63,825 nt of DNA from an uncultured Acetobacteraceae bacterium (lineage in GTDB: Bacteria; Pseudomonadota; Alphaproteobacteria; Acetobacterales; Acetobacteraceae): the NCBI GenBank assembly GCA_964245755.1, contig CAXTNV010000004.1, forward strand, positions 1 through 63,825. The letters run 5' to 3'. The notes below the pieces were generated by a model, which did no database searches, was not told the DNA's origin, and worked only from the letters and a program-made list of their open reading frames with translations. The translations under genes were made by a program, and so were the position numbers. Positions 40,401 to 51,038 of this stretch are shown here, piece by piece. The first letter of the stretch is position 1. Each line of letters begins with the position of its first letter.

Positions 40401-41663
40401 TTGACACACGATCACGCTGCGGGCGGCCTTCCGCCGGGAGGACCGCGAGTCGAGCTGGTGCTGCCGGTGCTCGCCTGTTCCGTTTTCCTGGCGGTCCTGG
40501 TGATCGGTCTGGCGCTCCCGGTGATCCCGCTGTTCGTGCACGGGCGGCTCGGCTACGGGAACGTGATCGTCGGCGCCATGGTGGGCATCCAGTTCCTCGC
40601 CACCGTGCTGACCCGCGCGAGGGCGGGCCGCCTGGCGGATGGGCGCGGCGCTGCATCGACCATGCACAAGGGGGCGCTCTCGTGCGGCTTGTCCGGCTTG
40701 GCCCTCGTCGCAGTGGCGGCGGTTCCGGCGCCGCCCGCAGTCATGCTCCTCATCCTGGTGGTGGGCAGGCTCCTGCTCGGCGCCGGCGAGAGCCAGCTGA
40801 TCGTGGGCGCGCTGTCCCTGGGCATCGGCCTGCTTGGGCAGCAGGCATCGGGACAGGTCCTGGCCTGGGTTGGGATGGCGGTCTACGGCGCCCTCGGCGC
40901 CGGCGCGCCGCTCGGTCTGCTGCTCGATCGAGGCGGCGGTCTCGCCCTGGTCGGCATCGCGACGATGGCCTGTGCGCTCGCGGCGCTGGCGATCGCCGCC
41001 TTCCTCCCGGCTGTCGCACCGCCGGGGGGCGCCCGCCCGTCATTCCTCGGGATCATCGGCTCGATCTGGCGTCCGGGGCTCGGTGTCGCTCTGCAGGGTG
41101 TCGGCTTCGCGGCGATCGGAGCGTTCGTCACGCTCGACTTCCAGTCGCACGCATGGCGCGGCGGCGGCCTCGCGCTGACGTGCTTCGGCGCCTCCTTCGT
41201 CCTGGTGCGCATCCTGTTCGGCCGCGCGCCAGACCGCTTCGGCGGCTACCAGGTCGCGATCGCCTCGCTCGCGGTCGAGGCAGTCGGCCAGTCGATCCTC
41301 TTCCTGGCGCCCGACGCCGTCACCGCACTGTTCGGCGCGGCTGTGACCGGCGCGGGCTGCTCGATGGTGTTCCCGTCACTCGGCGTCGAGGTGGTGCGCC
41401 TGGTTCCGGCCGGCAGTCGCGGCACCGCGCTCGGCGGCTTCGCCGCCTTCCAGGACATCGCCTACGGCACGACGGGACCAGCCGCCGGCGTGATCACGGC
41501 AGCTCTGGGCTATCCTTCGGCGTTCGCGCTCGGAGCGGGCGCGGCGGCGGCCGGCGTCGCGTTGACGGGCGTTCTGCTGCGAGGCACCCCGTCCGGCGCG
41601 ACCCGGGCGGACCGGGGCGAGCCGGCTGCCTTGCCCGCTTCCGACCGGCCCGCACCGCGCTAG
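40401..41663 (+). CDS. MFS transporter, YfcJ/YhhS family
   Basis: GLALPVIPLFVH, QFLATVLTR, GRLLLGAGES, FPSLGVE and FAAFQDIAYG. Confidence 0.88.
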   Translation: MTHDHAAGGLPPGGPRVELVLPVLACSVFLAVLVIGLALPVIPLFVHGRLGYGNVIVGAMVGIQFLATVLTRARAGRLADGRGAASTMHKGALSCGLSGLALVAVAAVPAPPAVMLLILVVGRLLLGAGESQLIVGALSLGIGLLGQQASGQVLAWVGMAVYGALGAGAPLGLLLDRGGGLALVGIATMACALAALAIAAFLPAVAPPGGARPSFLGIIGSIWRPGLGVALQGVGFAAIGAFVTLDFQSHAWRGGGLALTCFGASFVLVRILFGRAPDRFGGYQVAIASLAVEAVGQSILFLAPDAVTALFGAAVTGAGCSMVFPSLGVEVVRLVPAGSRGTALGGFAAFQDIAYGTTGPAAGVITAALGYPSAFALGAGAAAAGVALTGVLLRGTPSGATRADRGEPAALPASDRPAPR

Positions 41664-41742
41664 CACCGGCGTTTGCTGCGCGGGCACCCGGCGCCGCAGG
41701 TGAGACGGTTTCCATCCCGGCAAGGATCGATCATCCAGGCTC

Positions 41743-41775
41743 TTGACAGGCAGATGCGATCGGAATGTGATTTCC
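41743..41775 (+). promoter_or_regulatory. Promoter (-35 TTGACA) with overlapping IolR box
   Basis: TTGACA at 41743 and GGAATGTGATTTCC at 41762-41775, upstream of iolG. Confidence 0.7.
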
Positions 41776-42015
41776 ATAAAGAGAGACAGAGAGACGCTAC
41801 GTTTCACACTGTCGGCCAGGAGGAACTCCAGTGACCATGCCGGCATCGACCGATCGGTGGCGTTTCGCGGCCGGCCGCCTTTCCGCCTCGTTCTCGGACG
41901 GCATGGCAAGGCGACCGGGCATCGGGGACGCCGGCGTCAGGATGCGGGGCATCGTCGTGCTCAGCCCTCCGCTCAGCGACCGCCGGAACGTCGTGTACGA
42001 CGCAGGCGGGCGGCC

Positions 42016-43017
42016 ATGACCCGCGTCGCCGTTCTCGGTGCCGGACGCATCGGGCGGGTACATGCGCGCAACGTCGCCAGCACGCCGGGCTGCACGCTGG
42101 TCGGCGTCGCCGATCCGCTCGGCAACGCCGCCGCAGCGCTGACGGATCAGTACGGCGGCCGCGCCGAAGCCGACCCTTCGGCGTTCATCACGGATCGGGG
42201 CGTCGATGCGGTGGTCATCGGCACACCCACCGCTACGCACGTCGATCTGATGCTGCAGGCCGCCCACCACGGCAAGGCGGTCCTCTGCGAGAAGCCCATC
42301 GATCTCGACATCGCGCGCGCGCTCGCCGCGGCCGCCGAGGTCGAGCGGTTGGGCGCCAGGGTGATGATCGCCTTCAACCGACGCTTCGACCCGACGTCGG
42401 TCGCGCTGCGACAGGCGATCGACGATGGCGGGATCGGCGACATACGCCAGATCGTCATCAGCAGCCGGGATCCGGAGCCGCCGCCGGCCGATTACATCAG
42501 GCAGTCGGGCGGGATCTTCCGCGACATGGCCATCCATGACTTCGACATGGCGCGCTTCCTGTTGTCGGACGAGCCCGTCGAGGTCGTCGCGATGGCGAGC
42601 TGCCTCGTCGATCCCGGCATCGCCGATCTCGGCGACAGCGACACGGCGATGATCCTCCTGAGGACGGGTTCCGGCAGACAGTGCCACATCAATTGCTGCC
42701 GCCAGGCGGCTTACGGCCACGACCAGCGCCTCGAGATCTTCGGATCGCGCGGCATGCTCCTCAACGACAACCAGCGCGCCAACACGGTGCGCCGGTACGA
42801 CCGCGAGCGCACCGACAGCCGCGAGCGCCTGCTCGAGTTCTTTCTCGAGCGCTACGATCAGGCCTACCGCAACGAGCTGCGGGAGTTCGTGCGCTGCGTG
42901 GATGCCGGCACACCGATGCCGGTCACGGTGCGCGACGGCATCCAGGCGCTGCGCATCGCCGATGCGGCAGGGGAGTCGGCGCGCACCGGCCGGGCCGTGC
43001 GGATTGAGATCACATGA
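42016..43017 (+). CDS. iolG: myo-Inositol 2-dehydrogenase (IdhA type)
   Basis: LGAGRIG, CEKPIDLD, FNRRFDP, SRDP, SGGIFRDMAIHDFD and FFLERY. Confidence 0.9.
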   Translation: MTRVAVLGAGRIGRVHARNVASTPGCTLVGVADPLGNAAAALTDQYGGRAEADPSAFITDRGVDAVVIGTPTATHVDLMLQAAHHGKAVLCEKPIDLDIARALAAAAEVERLGARVMIAFNRRFDPTSVALRQAIDDGGIGDIRQIVISSRDPEPPPADYIRQSGGIFRDMAIHDFDMARFLLSDEPVEVVAMASCLVDPGIADLGDSDTAMILLRTGSGRQCHINCCRQAAYGHDQRLEIFGSRGMLLNDNQRANTVRRYDRERTDSRERLLEFFLERYDQAYRNELREFVRCVDAGTPMPVTVRDGIQALRIADAAGESARTGRAVRIEIT

Positions 43018-43071
43018 CACGAGCGGCGATGCGGCGAACCCTCGGCAAACCACCAACCCCAGGCGAACACG

Positions 43072-43881
43072 ATGCATGACCTGACCAACAAGATCGCGGT
43101 GGTCACCGGCGGCACGCAGGGGCTCGGCGCCGCGATCGCCCACACCTTCGCCGAGCGCGGCGCCGCGGGCCTGGTGATCTGCGGACGCAACGCGCAGAAG
43201 GGACGGGCCCACGCTGCGGCCATCGAGGCGGAGCTCGGAACCAGGTCGCTCTTCGTGGAGGCGGATCTCGGGCGGGTCGAAGCCTGCCGCGAGGTGATCG
43301 CGGAAGCCGACCGCGCGTTCGGACGCGTCGACGCGCTGGTGAACGCGGCCGGAGTGACGGATCGCGGCACCATCCTCGACACGTCGGAGGAGCTGTTCGA
43401 CCGGATCTTCGCGGTCAACGTCCGAGCGCCCTTCTTCCTCATGCAGGAGACCATCCGGATCATGCGGCGGGAGGCGATCCAGGGCACGATCGTCAATATC
43501 GGCTCGATGTCGGCGCTCGCCGGACAGCCGTTCATCGCGGCGTACTGCTCGTCCAAGGGCGCGCTCGCGACCCTCACGCGCAACACCGCCTACGCGCTGC
43601 TACGCAACAGGATCAGGGTCAACGGCCTGAACATCGGCTGGATGGCGTCCGAAGGCGAGGACCGGATCATGCGCGAGTATCACGGTGCGCAGGATGGCTG
43701 GCTGGAGCAAGCGGCCAGTCAGCAACCCGCCGGAAGACTCATCGATCCTTTCGAGGTCGCGCGCGCGGTGGTCTTCCTCTCGACGGCGGAGTCTGGGCTG
43801 ATGACCGGCTCGGTCACCGAATACGACCAGACCATCTGGGGCGGCTACGAGGTCGGCGCGGTGCCGAAGGAGGCGCTCTGA
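43072..43881 (+). CDS. SDR oxidoreductase (inositol-cluster associated)
   Basis: TGGTQGLG, NAAG, YCSSK and NGLNIGW. Confidence 0.92.
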   Translation: MHDLTNKIAVVTGGTQGLGAAIAHTFAERGAAGLVICGRNAQKGRAHAAAIEAELGTRSLFVEADLGRVEACREVIAEADRAFGRVDALVNAAGVTDRGTILDTSEELFDRIFAVNVRAPFFLMQETIRIMRREAIQGTIVNIGSMSALAGQPFIAAYCSSKGALATLTRNTAYALLRNRIRVNGLNIGWMASEGEDRIMREYHGAQDGWLEQAASQQPAGRLIDPFEVARAVVFLSTAESGLMTGSVTEYDQTIWGGYEVGAVPKEAL

Positions 43882-44033
43882 ACAGCCCTCCCCCATGTCG
43901 GCCCGCAGGGCGAGGAACCTGGCCCCTCGCCCGGATGGATCATTGCGCGCTGACACGAGAACGGCCGGCCTGACCCGGTAGTCAAATAATGCGCTCGCAC
44001 GCAACCGAAGCGGGCGCCGGAGGAGACAAGAGG

Positions 44034-44996
44034 ATGATGTCACGCAAGACGAGGGTGCTCGGTCGGTTCTGCCAGCGCGCGGCCGTGGCACTCCCTGCCG
44101 TACTGGCGCCGCTGGCGGCCCGGGCCGAAGCCCCGCCGCGCTACACGATCGCCATGATCACGCACGGGCAGCCGGGCGACAGCTTCTGGGACATCATCCG
44201 CAAGGGTGCCGAAGCGGCGGCGAAGCAGGACAACGTAAAGCTCATCTACCTGGCGGATCCGACGGCCTCCGGCGAGGCTCAGCTCATCACCAACGTGCTG
44301 CAGCAGCACGTCGACGGGATCGCGCTCACCCTCGCGTTCCCCGACGCGGAGACGCCGAACGTCAAGAAGGCACAGCAGGCGGGCACGCCGGTGCTGGGCT
44401 TCAACGCCGGCAGCGACAACTGGAAGAAGGCCGCCCTGCTGGGGTTCGTCGGTCAGGACGAAGTGATCGCCGGCTCCGCGGTCGGCGACAAGCTGAACGC
44501 CGAGGGGTCGAAGAGCGTGGTCTGCGTCGACCAGCAGCAGGGTGCCGTCCAGCTCGCCGAACGTTGCCAGGGCATACAGAAGACGTTCCACGGCAAGCTC
44601 ACCGTGCTCTACGTGCCAGGCTACGACATGGCGAGCGCGCAATCGCGGATGGTCGCGAAGCTGCAGCAGGATCCCGCCGTCGACTACGTGGTGACCCTGG
44701 GAGCGCCGTTCGCGCCGACCGCGGCCACCTCCGTGCAGATGGCCGGAAGCCACGCCAAGGTCGGAACCTTCGACCTCACGCCACGCGTCGCGACGCTCAT
44801 CAAGTCCGGGAGCGTGCAGTGGGCGATCGACCAGCAGCCCTACGTCGAGGGGTATCTCGCGGTCAATCTGCTCTGGCTGAACAAGTGGAACGGCGACGTC
44901 GCCGGCGGCGGCAACGCCGTGCTCACGGGCCCCGCGTTCGTCTCCAAGGACAACATCGACGTGGTCGCGAACTATGCGAAGCGCGGGACACGCTAG
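44034..44996 (+). CDS. Sugar/inositol ABC transporter substrate-binding protein
   Basis: Signal peptide, THGQPGDSFW, GQDE and IDQQPY. Confidence 0.92.
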   Translation: MMSRKTRVLGRFCQRAAVALPAVLAPLAARAEAPPRYTIAMITHGQPGDSFWDIIRKGAEAAAKQDNVKLIYLADPTASGEAQLITNVLQQHVDGIALTLAFPDAETPNVKKAQQAGTPVLGFNAGSDNWKKAALLGFVGQDEVIAGSAVGDKLNAEGSKSVVCVDQQQGAVQLAERCQGIQKTFHGKLTVLYVPGYDMASAQSRMVAKLQQDPAVDYVVTLGAPFAPTAATSVQMAGSHAKVGTFDLTPRVATLIKSGSVQWAIDQQPYVEGYLAVNLLWLNKWNGDVAGGGNAVLTGPAFVSKDNIDVVANYAKRGTR

Positions 44997-44999
44997 GCG

Positions 45000-46103
45000 G
45001 TGGCGGACCTGTCCGGCGATGCCGATCGATCGGGATCTCTGCGCGAAGCCGTGACGATCGGCGCGGGCAACGCGGGAGGTGCGGTCGCCGGACGTCGCCC
45101 GCCAAAGCTGGCGCTGTGGAAGAAGGCGCTCAAGCGGCCCGAGATCGGTTCGCTCGGCGGCGTCGTCCTCGTCTTCGCCTTCTTCTACCTCGTGGCACCG
45201 CCGGTCCGGCAACTCGCCTCGATCGCGACCATCCTGTATCAATCGGCAAGCCTGGGCATCCCGGCGATCGCCGTCGCGCTGTTGATGATCGGCGGCGAGT
45301 TCGACCTGAGCGCGGGCGTCGCCGTCACGGCGTCGTCACTGACCGCCGCGATCACGGCGACGGAGCTGATCGGAAACGTCTGGGCCGGCGTGGCCCTGGC
45401 GCTGCTGGTCTCGCTCGGCATCGGCTGGCTGAACGGCTACCTTCTGGTGCGGACCAGGCTGCACAGCTTCCTGGTCACGTTGTCGACGTTCCTGATGCTG
45501 CAGGGCCTGAACATCGCGATCACCAAGCTGATCACCGGCAACGTCGCGACCGCGGACATCAGCGGCGTCGACGGCTTCGACTCGGCGCACGCGATCTTTG
45601 CCTCGACCCTGACCATCGGCACGGTCAATCTGAGCATCGCGGTGTTCTATTGGATCGCCTTCGCCCTGGTGGCCACCTGGGTGCTGCTCCGCACCCAGAT
45701 CGGCAACTGGATCTTCGCGGTCGGCGGCCAGGTGGACAGCGCGAGAGCCGTGGGCATCCCGGTCAGGAGGGTCAAGATCGGGCTGTTCATGCTCGTCGGC
45801 GTTTCCGTGTGGTTCATGGGGATGCACCTGCTGTTCGCCTTCGACACGGTTCAGTCCGGCGCGGGCATCGGCAACGAACTGCTCTACATCGCCTCGGCCG
45901 TCGTCGGCGGTTGCCTGCTGACCGGCGGCTACGGTTCGGCGGCGGGTTCCGCCCTCGGCGCCTTCATCTTCGGCATGACGACGGAGGGCGTCATCTACGC
46001 CGACTGGGATCCGAACTGGTTCCAGTACTTCGTCGGCGCCATGCTGCTGCTGGCGACGATCTTCAACGGGTGGCTCCGCCTGCGCGCCAGCACGGGGAGG
46101 TAG
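45000..46103 (+). CDS. Sugar/inositol ABC transporter permease
   Basis: IGGEFDLSAG, GNWIFAVGG and VVGGCLLTGGYGS. Confidence 0.93.
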   Translation: MADLSGDADRSGSLREAVTIGAGNAGGAVAGRRPPKLALWKKALKRPEIGSLGGVVLVFAFFYLVAPPVRQLASIATILYQSASLGIPAIAVALLMIGGEFDLSAGVAVTASSLTAAITATELIGNVWAGVALALLVSLGIGWLNGYLLVRTRLHSFLVTLSTFLMLQGLNIAITKLITGNVATADISGVDGFDSAHAIFASTLTIGTVNLSIAVFYWIAFALVATWVLLRTQIGNWIFAVGGQVDSARAVGIPVRRVKIGLFMLVGVSVWFMGMHLLFAFDTVQSGAGIGNELLYIASAVVGGCLLTGGYGSAAGSALGAFIFGMTTEGVIYADWDPNWFQYFVGAMLLLATIFNGWLRLRASTGR

Positions 46104-46104
46104 C

Positions 46105-46896
<792 letters not shown>

Positions 46897-46899
<3 letters not shown>

Positions 46900-46935
46900 C
46901 GCCAAGGTCGGCATGACGCCAAGGTCGGCATGACG
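46897..46935. repeat. 17-bp tandem duplication (TGACGCCAAGGTCGGCA x2 + TGACG)
   Basis: Two identical adjacent copies starting at the ATPase stop codon. Confidence 0.9.
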
Positions 46936-46991
46936 ACAGCATCGCGGTGGAGGACGCGAGCCCGACGTAACGTTCTCTCGCGCAACAACCT

Positions 46992-47005
46992 GGAATGGAA
47001 GTTCC
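46992..47005. promoter_or_regulatory. IolR box GGAA-N6-TTCC
   Basis: (T)GGAATGGAAGTTCC(A) upstream of iolC. Confidence 0.7.
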
Positions 47006-47120
47006 AGCCGGGCGAGTTCGACGTCGACGCATGCTGCCGAGGAGTGTGAAGCAACACGCGGTTCCGCGAGTAGCAGCCCGGAACATGCCGCGCACCGCCC
47101 CGCCGGCAGAAAGCAGAATT

Positions 47121-47134
47121 GGAACCGCCGTTCC
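47121..47134. promoter_or_regulatory. IolR box GGAA-N6-TTCC
   Basis: GGAACCGCCGTTCC next to a TTGACC -35-like hexamer, upstream of iolC. Confidence 0.7.
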
Positions 47135-47189
47135 ATCTTGACCCGGGCCATGGAACGGCTTCATGGATTGCAGAGACAGGAGGCGCGCC

Positions 47190-49106
47190 ATGGATCAGAA
47201 CGAGCTCGACCTGGTGACGATCGGTCGATCCTCCGTGGACCTCTACGGCCAGCAGATCGGCGCGCGGCTCGAGGACATGTCGAGCTTCGGCAAGGCGGTC
47301 GGCGGTTGCCCGACCAACATCGCCATCGGCACCGCCCGTCTCGGCCTGCGCTCGGGCCTGGTGACCCGGGTCGGCGACGAGCATTTCGGTCGCTTCATCC
47401 GAGAGCAGGCGGCACGCGAAGGCGTCGCCATCGATGGCATCCGCACCGATCCGCATCGGCTGACGGCGCTCGCGGTCCTCGGCGTGCGCGACGCGAGCAG
47501 CTTTCCGCTGATCTTCTTCCGCACCGACTGCGCCGACGGCGCCCTGGACGAGGACGACGTCGACGAGGCGTTCATATCCCGGGCGCGGTCGATCGTCGTG
47601 ACCGGGACGCATTTCGCGCAGCCGCACAACGCCGCGGCGCAACTCAAGGCGATGCGGATCGCCCGCACCGCCGGCGGCAAGGTGATCCTGGACGTCGACT
47701 ACCGGCCGAACCTGTGGGGCCTCTCCGGCCACGGCGACGGCGAGAACCGCTACATCCGCTCGGCCGGAGTGAGCGAGCGGCTCGCCGTCATCCTGCCGGG
47801 GTGCGATCTGGTGGTCGGCACCGAGGAAGAGCTGCATATCGCCGGCGGCAGCGAGGATACGCTGGCCGCGATCCGCGCCATCCGCGGCTTGGCACCGGAA
47901 GCAGTGATCGTCTGCAAGCGCGGTCCGATGGGCTGCGTCGTGTTCGACGGCCCGATCCCGGACAGCCTGGAAGACGGCATCAGCGGTCCCGGCTTTCCCG
48001 TCGAGGTCTACAACACGCTCGGCGCCGGCGATGCCTTCATGTCGGGCTTCCTGCGCGGCTGGCTGCGCGGCGAGCCGCTCGCGACCTGCTGCGCCTATGC
48101 CAACGCCTGCGGCGCCATCGCGGTATCCCGGCTGCTCTGCTCGCCGGAGTTTCCGACCTTCGCCGAGCTCCGGCACTTCCTGGCGCACGGCAGCGCGCAG
48201 CGCGCGCTCCGCCACGACGCCGCACTCAACCACGTGCACTGGGCCACCACCCGCCGGACGCAGCCGACGCCGATCCGCGCGCTCGCCTGCGACCACCGGC
48301 TGCAGCTCGAGCAGATCGCGGACGAGGTGGGCGCACCGCATGATCGCATCGCACCGTTCAAGGTGCTGGCGGTCAGGGCGGCCATCCAGGTGGCCGAGGG
48401 ACGGCCGGGCTTCGGCATGTTCCTGGACGGACGCCACGGCCGCGAGGCGCTGTTCGCAGCATCGCATGCCGGGCTCTGGGTGGCGCGCCCGATCGAGCGC
48501 ACCGGCTCGCGGCCGCTCGATTTCGAGATCGGGGGCAGCCTCGGGGCGCAGCTGGTGGAATGGCCGGTCGACCAGGTCGTCAAGTGCCTCTGCTTCTACC
48601 ACCCGGACGACGACGAGGTGCTTCGCCTGCGGCAGGAGCGGGAACTGGTCCGCGCGCAGGACGCCTGCCGACGCCTCGGCCGCGACCTGCTGATCGAGAT
48701 CATCGCCGGCAAGCACGGTGCGCTGGCCGACGACACGGTGCCACGCATCCTGGACCGTCTCTACGGGATCGGGCTCAAGCCGGACTGGTGGAAGCTGGAG
48801 CCGCAGCGCTCGAGCGCCGCCTGGCGTGGGATCGGCGAGGTCATCGAGGCGCACGACCCGCTCTGCCGCGGGGTCGTGATGCTGGGGCTTGATGCGCCGG
48901 CCGAGGAGCTGGTCGCCGCGTTCGGCGCTGCCGCCGCCCCGCCGTGGGTCAAGGGGTTCGCGATCGGGCGCACGATCTTCAGCGACCCGGCCAGGAAGTG
49001 GCTGGCCGGCCAGATCCACGACCGGGAGGCAGTCGCCACGATGGCGCAACGTTTCGCCGTCCTGGTCCGCGCCTGGGACGAACGGCAGCGAGAGAGCGTC
49101 AGCTGA
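47190..49106 (+). CDS. iolC: 5-dehydro-2-deoxygluconokinase with C-terminal DUF2090 (aldolase) domain
   Basis: IGRSSVDLYGQQ, PfkB LGAGDAF, C-terminal DHR, VKCLCFYHP and PDWWKLE. Confidence 0.95.
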   Translation: MDQNELDLVTIGRSSVDLYGQQIGARLEDMSSFGKAVGGCPTNIAIGTARLGLRSGLVTRVGDEHFGRFIREQAAREGVAIDGIRTDPHRLTALAVLGVRDASSFPLIFFRTDCADGALDEDDVDEAFISRARSIVVTGTHFAQPHNAAAQLKAMRIARTAGGKVILDVDYRPNLWGLSGHGDGENRYIRSAGVSERLAVILPGCDLVVGTEEELHIAGGSEDTLAAIRAIRGLAPEAVIVCKRGPMGCVVFDGPIPDSLEDGISGPGFPVEVYNTLGAGDAFMSGFLRGWLRGEPLATCCAYANACGAIAVSRLLCSPEFPTFAELRHFLAHGSAQRALRHDAALNHVHWATTRRTQPTPIRALACDHRLQLEQIADEVGAPHDRIAPFKVLAVRAAIQVAEGRPGFGMFLDGRHGREALFAASHAGLWVARPIERTGSRPLDFEIGGSLGAQLVEWPVDQVVKCLCFYHPDDDEVLRLRQERELVRAQDACRRLGRDLLIEIIAGKHGALADDTVPRILDRLYGIGLKPDWWKLEPQRSSAAWRGIGEVIEAHDPLCRGVVMLGLDAPAEELVAAFGAAAAPPWVKGFAIGRTIFSDPARKWLAGQIHDREAVATMAQRFAVLVRAWDERQRESVS

Positions 49107-49144
49107 GCGGAAGCGGAAGAGTGTCGCCTGAGCGGAGGTACGGG

Positions 49145-51004
49145 ATGGGAACGGTGCGGCTCACGATGGCGCAGGCGCTGGTCCGCGCCATGGTGGCGCA
49201 GAAGATCGAGACGGACGGCACGACCGTGCCGTTCTTCGGCGGCGTCTGGGCGATCTTCGGGCACGGCAACGTGGCCGGGATGGGCGAGGCGCTGCACGGC
49301 GCCCGCCACGGGATCACGACGTTCCGTGCTCACAACGAGCAGGGCATGGTGCATGCGGCGACCGCCTTCGCCAAGGCATCGCGCCGGCATCGCGCGATGG
49401 CGTGCACCAGCTCGATCGGGCCCGGCGCGCTGAACATGGTCACCGGCGCTGCGGTGGCGCACGTCAACCGCCTGCCGCTGCTGCTGCTGCCGAGCGACGT
49501 GTTCGCCAATCGCCTGCCCGACCCGGTGCTGCAGCAGATCGAGGATTTCGGCGACGGCGCCACCACCGCGACCGACAGCTTCCGACCGGTCTCGCGCTAC
49601 TTCGACCGCATCACCCGGCCCGAGCAGATCATCCCCGCCTTCGGACGCGCGATGGCCGTCCTGACCGATCCGTCCGATTGCGGCCCGGTGACGCTGGCGC
49701 TCTGCCAGGACGTGCAGGCGGAAGCCTGGGATTTCCCGGAAGCCTTCTTCGCGGAGCGCGTGCACCGCGTGCGCCGGCCACGTCCGGACACGCGCGAGCT
49801 TGAGGTCGCGGTCGCGGCACTTCGCACCGCCGAGCGGCCGATCGTGATCGCCGGCGGCGGCGTGCTGTACTCCGGCGCGGAGGCCGCCCTCTCGCGGTTC
49901 CTGTCCGAGCGTGGCCTGCCCGCGGGCGAGACGCAGGGCGGCAAATCCTCGCTCCCCGCCTCGCATCCGATGAACATGGGCGGCATCGGCGTCAGCGGCA
50001 CCGAAGCGGCGAACACGCTGGCGCAGGAGGCGGATCTGGTGCTGGCCATCGGCACCAGGCTGCAGGACTTCACCACCGGATCGTGGACGCTGTTCCGCCA
50101 TCGGGAAATGAGGATCGTCGGGCTGAACGCGCAGGCCTTCGATGCCGGCAAGCATCGGGCGCTGCCGCTGGCGGCCGACGCGCAGGCAGGGCTGTCGGAG
50201 CTGTCCGCGGCGCTGGGGGACTGGCGCGTCGACCCGGCCTGGACCCGCAGGGCGGAGCGTGCGCGCGACGAGTGGCTGGAGACGGCGCGGCGCTACACCG
50301 ACCCGCCGCGACCCGGACAGCAGTCGAAGCCGTCCGACGCGCAGGTGATCGGGGCGGTGCGTCGCGGTGCCCTGCCGACCGACGTGGTGGTGTGCGCGGC
50401 AGGCGGTCTTCCGGCCGAGCTGCAGAAGCACTGGCAGCCCGAGCTCCCGGGCGGCTACCACATGGAGTACGGATTTTCCTGCATGGGCTACGAGATCGCC
50501 GGAGCGCTCGGGGTCAAGATGGCCTGCCCCGACCGCGAGGTCATCGTCATGGTCGGCGATGGCTCCTACATGATGCTGAATTCGGAACTGCAGACCTCGG
50601 TCATGCTCGGACGGAAGATCATCGTCGTCCTGCTCGACAATAATGGTTTCGGCTGCATCAACCGGCTTCAGCAGCTCTGCGGCGGCGCGCCCTTCAACAA
50701 TCTCTGGGCCGACAGCCACGACATGGTCGCCTACCCGTCGATCGATTTCGTCGCCCACGCGCGTGCGCTGGGCGCCGTCGCGGAGAAGGTCGCGGATCCG
50801 GCTGCCCTGGAGCAGGCGATGCTGCGCGCCCGGACGGGCGAGCGGAGCGCGGTGCTGGTCATCGACACCGACCCGGCCGCGACGACCGACGCCGGCGGGA
50901 ACTGGTGGGATGTCGCGGTGCCTGAGGTTTCGGTACGGCAGGAGGTTCGTGATGCGCACGCCCTCTACCTCCAGGGACGCCGGCAGCAACGGATCGGCGA
51001 CTAG
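49145..51004 (+). CDS. iolD: 3D-(3,5/4)-trihydroxycyclohexane-1,2-dione acylhydrolase
   Basis: RLTMAQAL, IFGHGNVAG, HNEQGM, YHMEYGFSCMGYE, GDGSY and WWDVAVPE. Confidence 0.96.
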   Translation: MGTVRLTMAQALVRAMVAQKIETDGTTVPFFGGVWAIFGHGNVAGMGEALHGARHGITTFRAHNEQGMVHAATAFAKASRRHRAMACTSSIGPGALNMVTGAAVAHVNRLPLLLLPSDVFANRLPDPVLQQIEDFGDGATTATDSFRPVSRYFDRITRPEQIIPAFGRAMAVLTDPSDCGPVTLALCQDVQAEAWDFPEAFFAERVHRVRRPRPDTRELEVAVAALRTAERPIVIAGGGVLYSGAEAALSRFLSERGLPAGETQGGKSSLPASHPMNMGGIGVSGTEAANTLAQEADLVLAIGTRLQDFTTGSWTLFRHREMRIVGLNAQAFDAGKHRALPLAADAQAGLSELSAALGDWRVDPAWTRRAERARDEWLETARRYTDPPRPGQQSKPSDAQVIGAVRRGALPTDVVVCAAGGLPAELQKHWQPELPGGYHMEYGFSCMGYEIAGALGVKMACPDREVIVMVGDGSYMMLNSELQTSVMLGRKIIVVLLDNNGFGCINRLQQLCGGAPFNNLWADSHDMVAYPSIDFVAHARALGAVAEKVADPAALEQAMLRARTGERSAVLVIDTDPAATTDAGGNWWDVAVPEVSVRQEVRDAHALYLQGRRQQRIGD

Positions 51005-51038
51005 ATCGTCACCGGCCGCGGCGCCGGGAGAGGACCCC

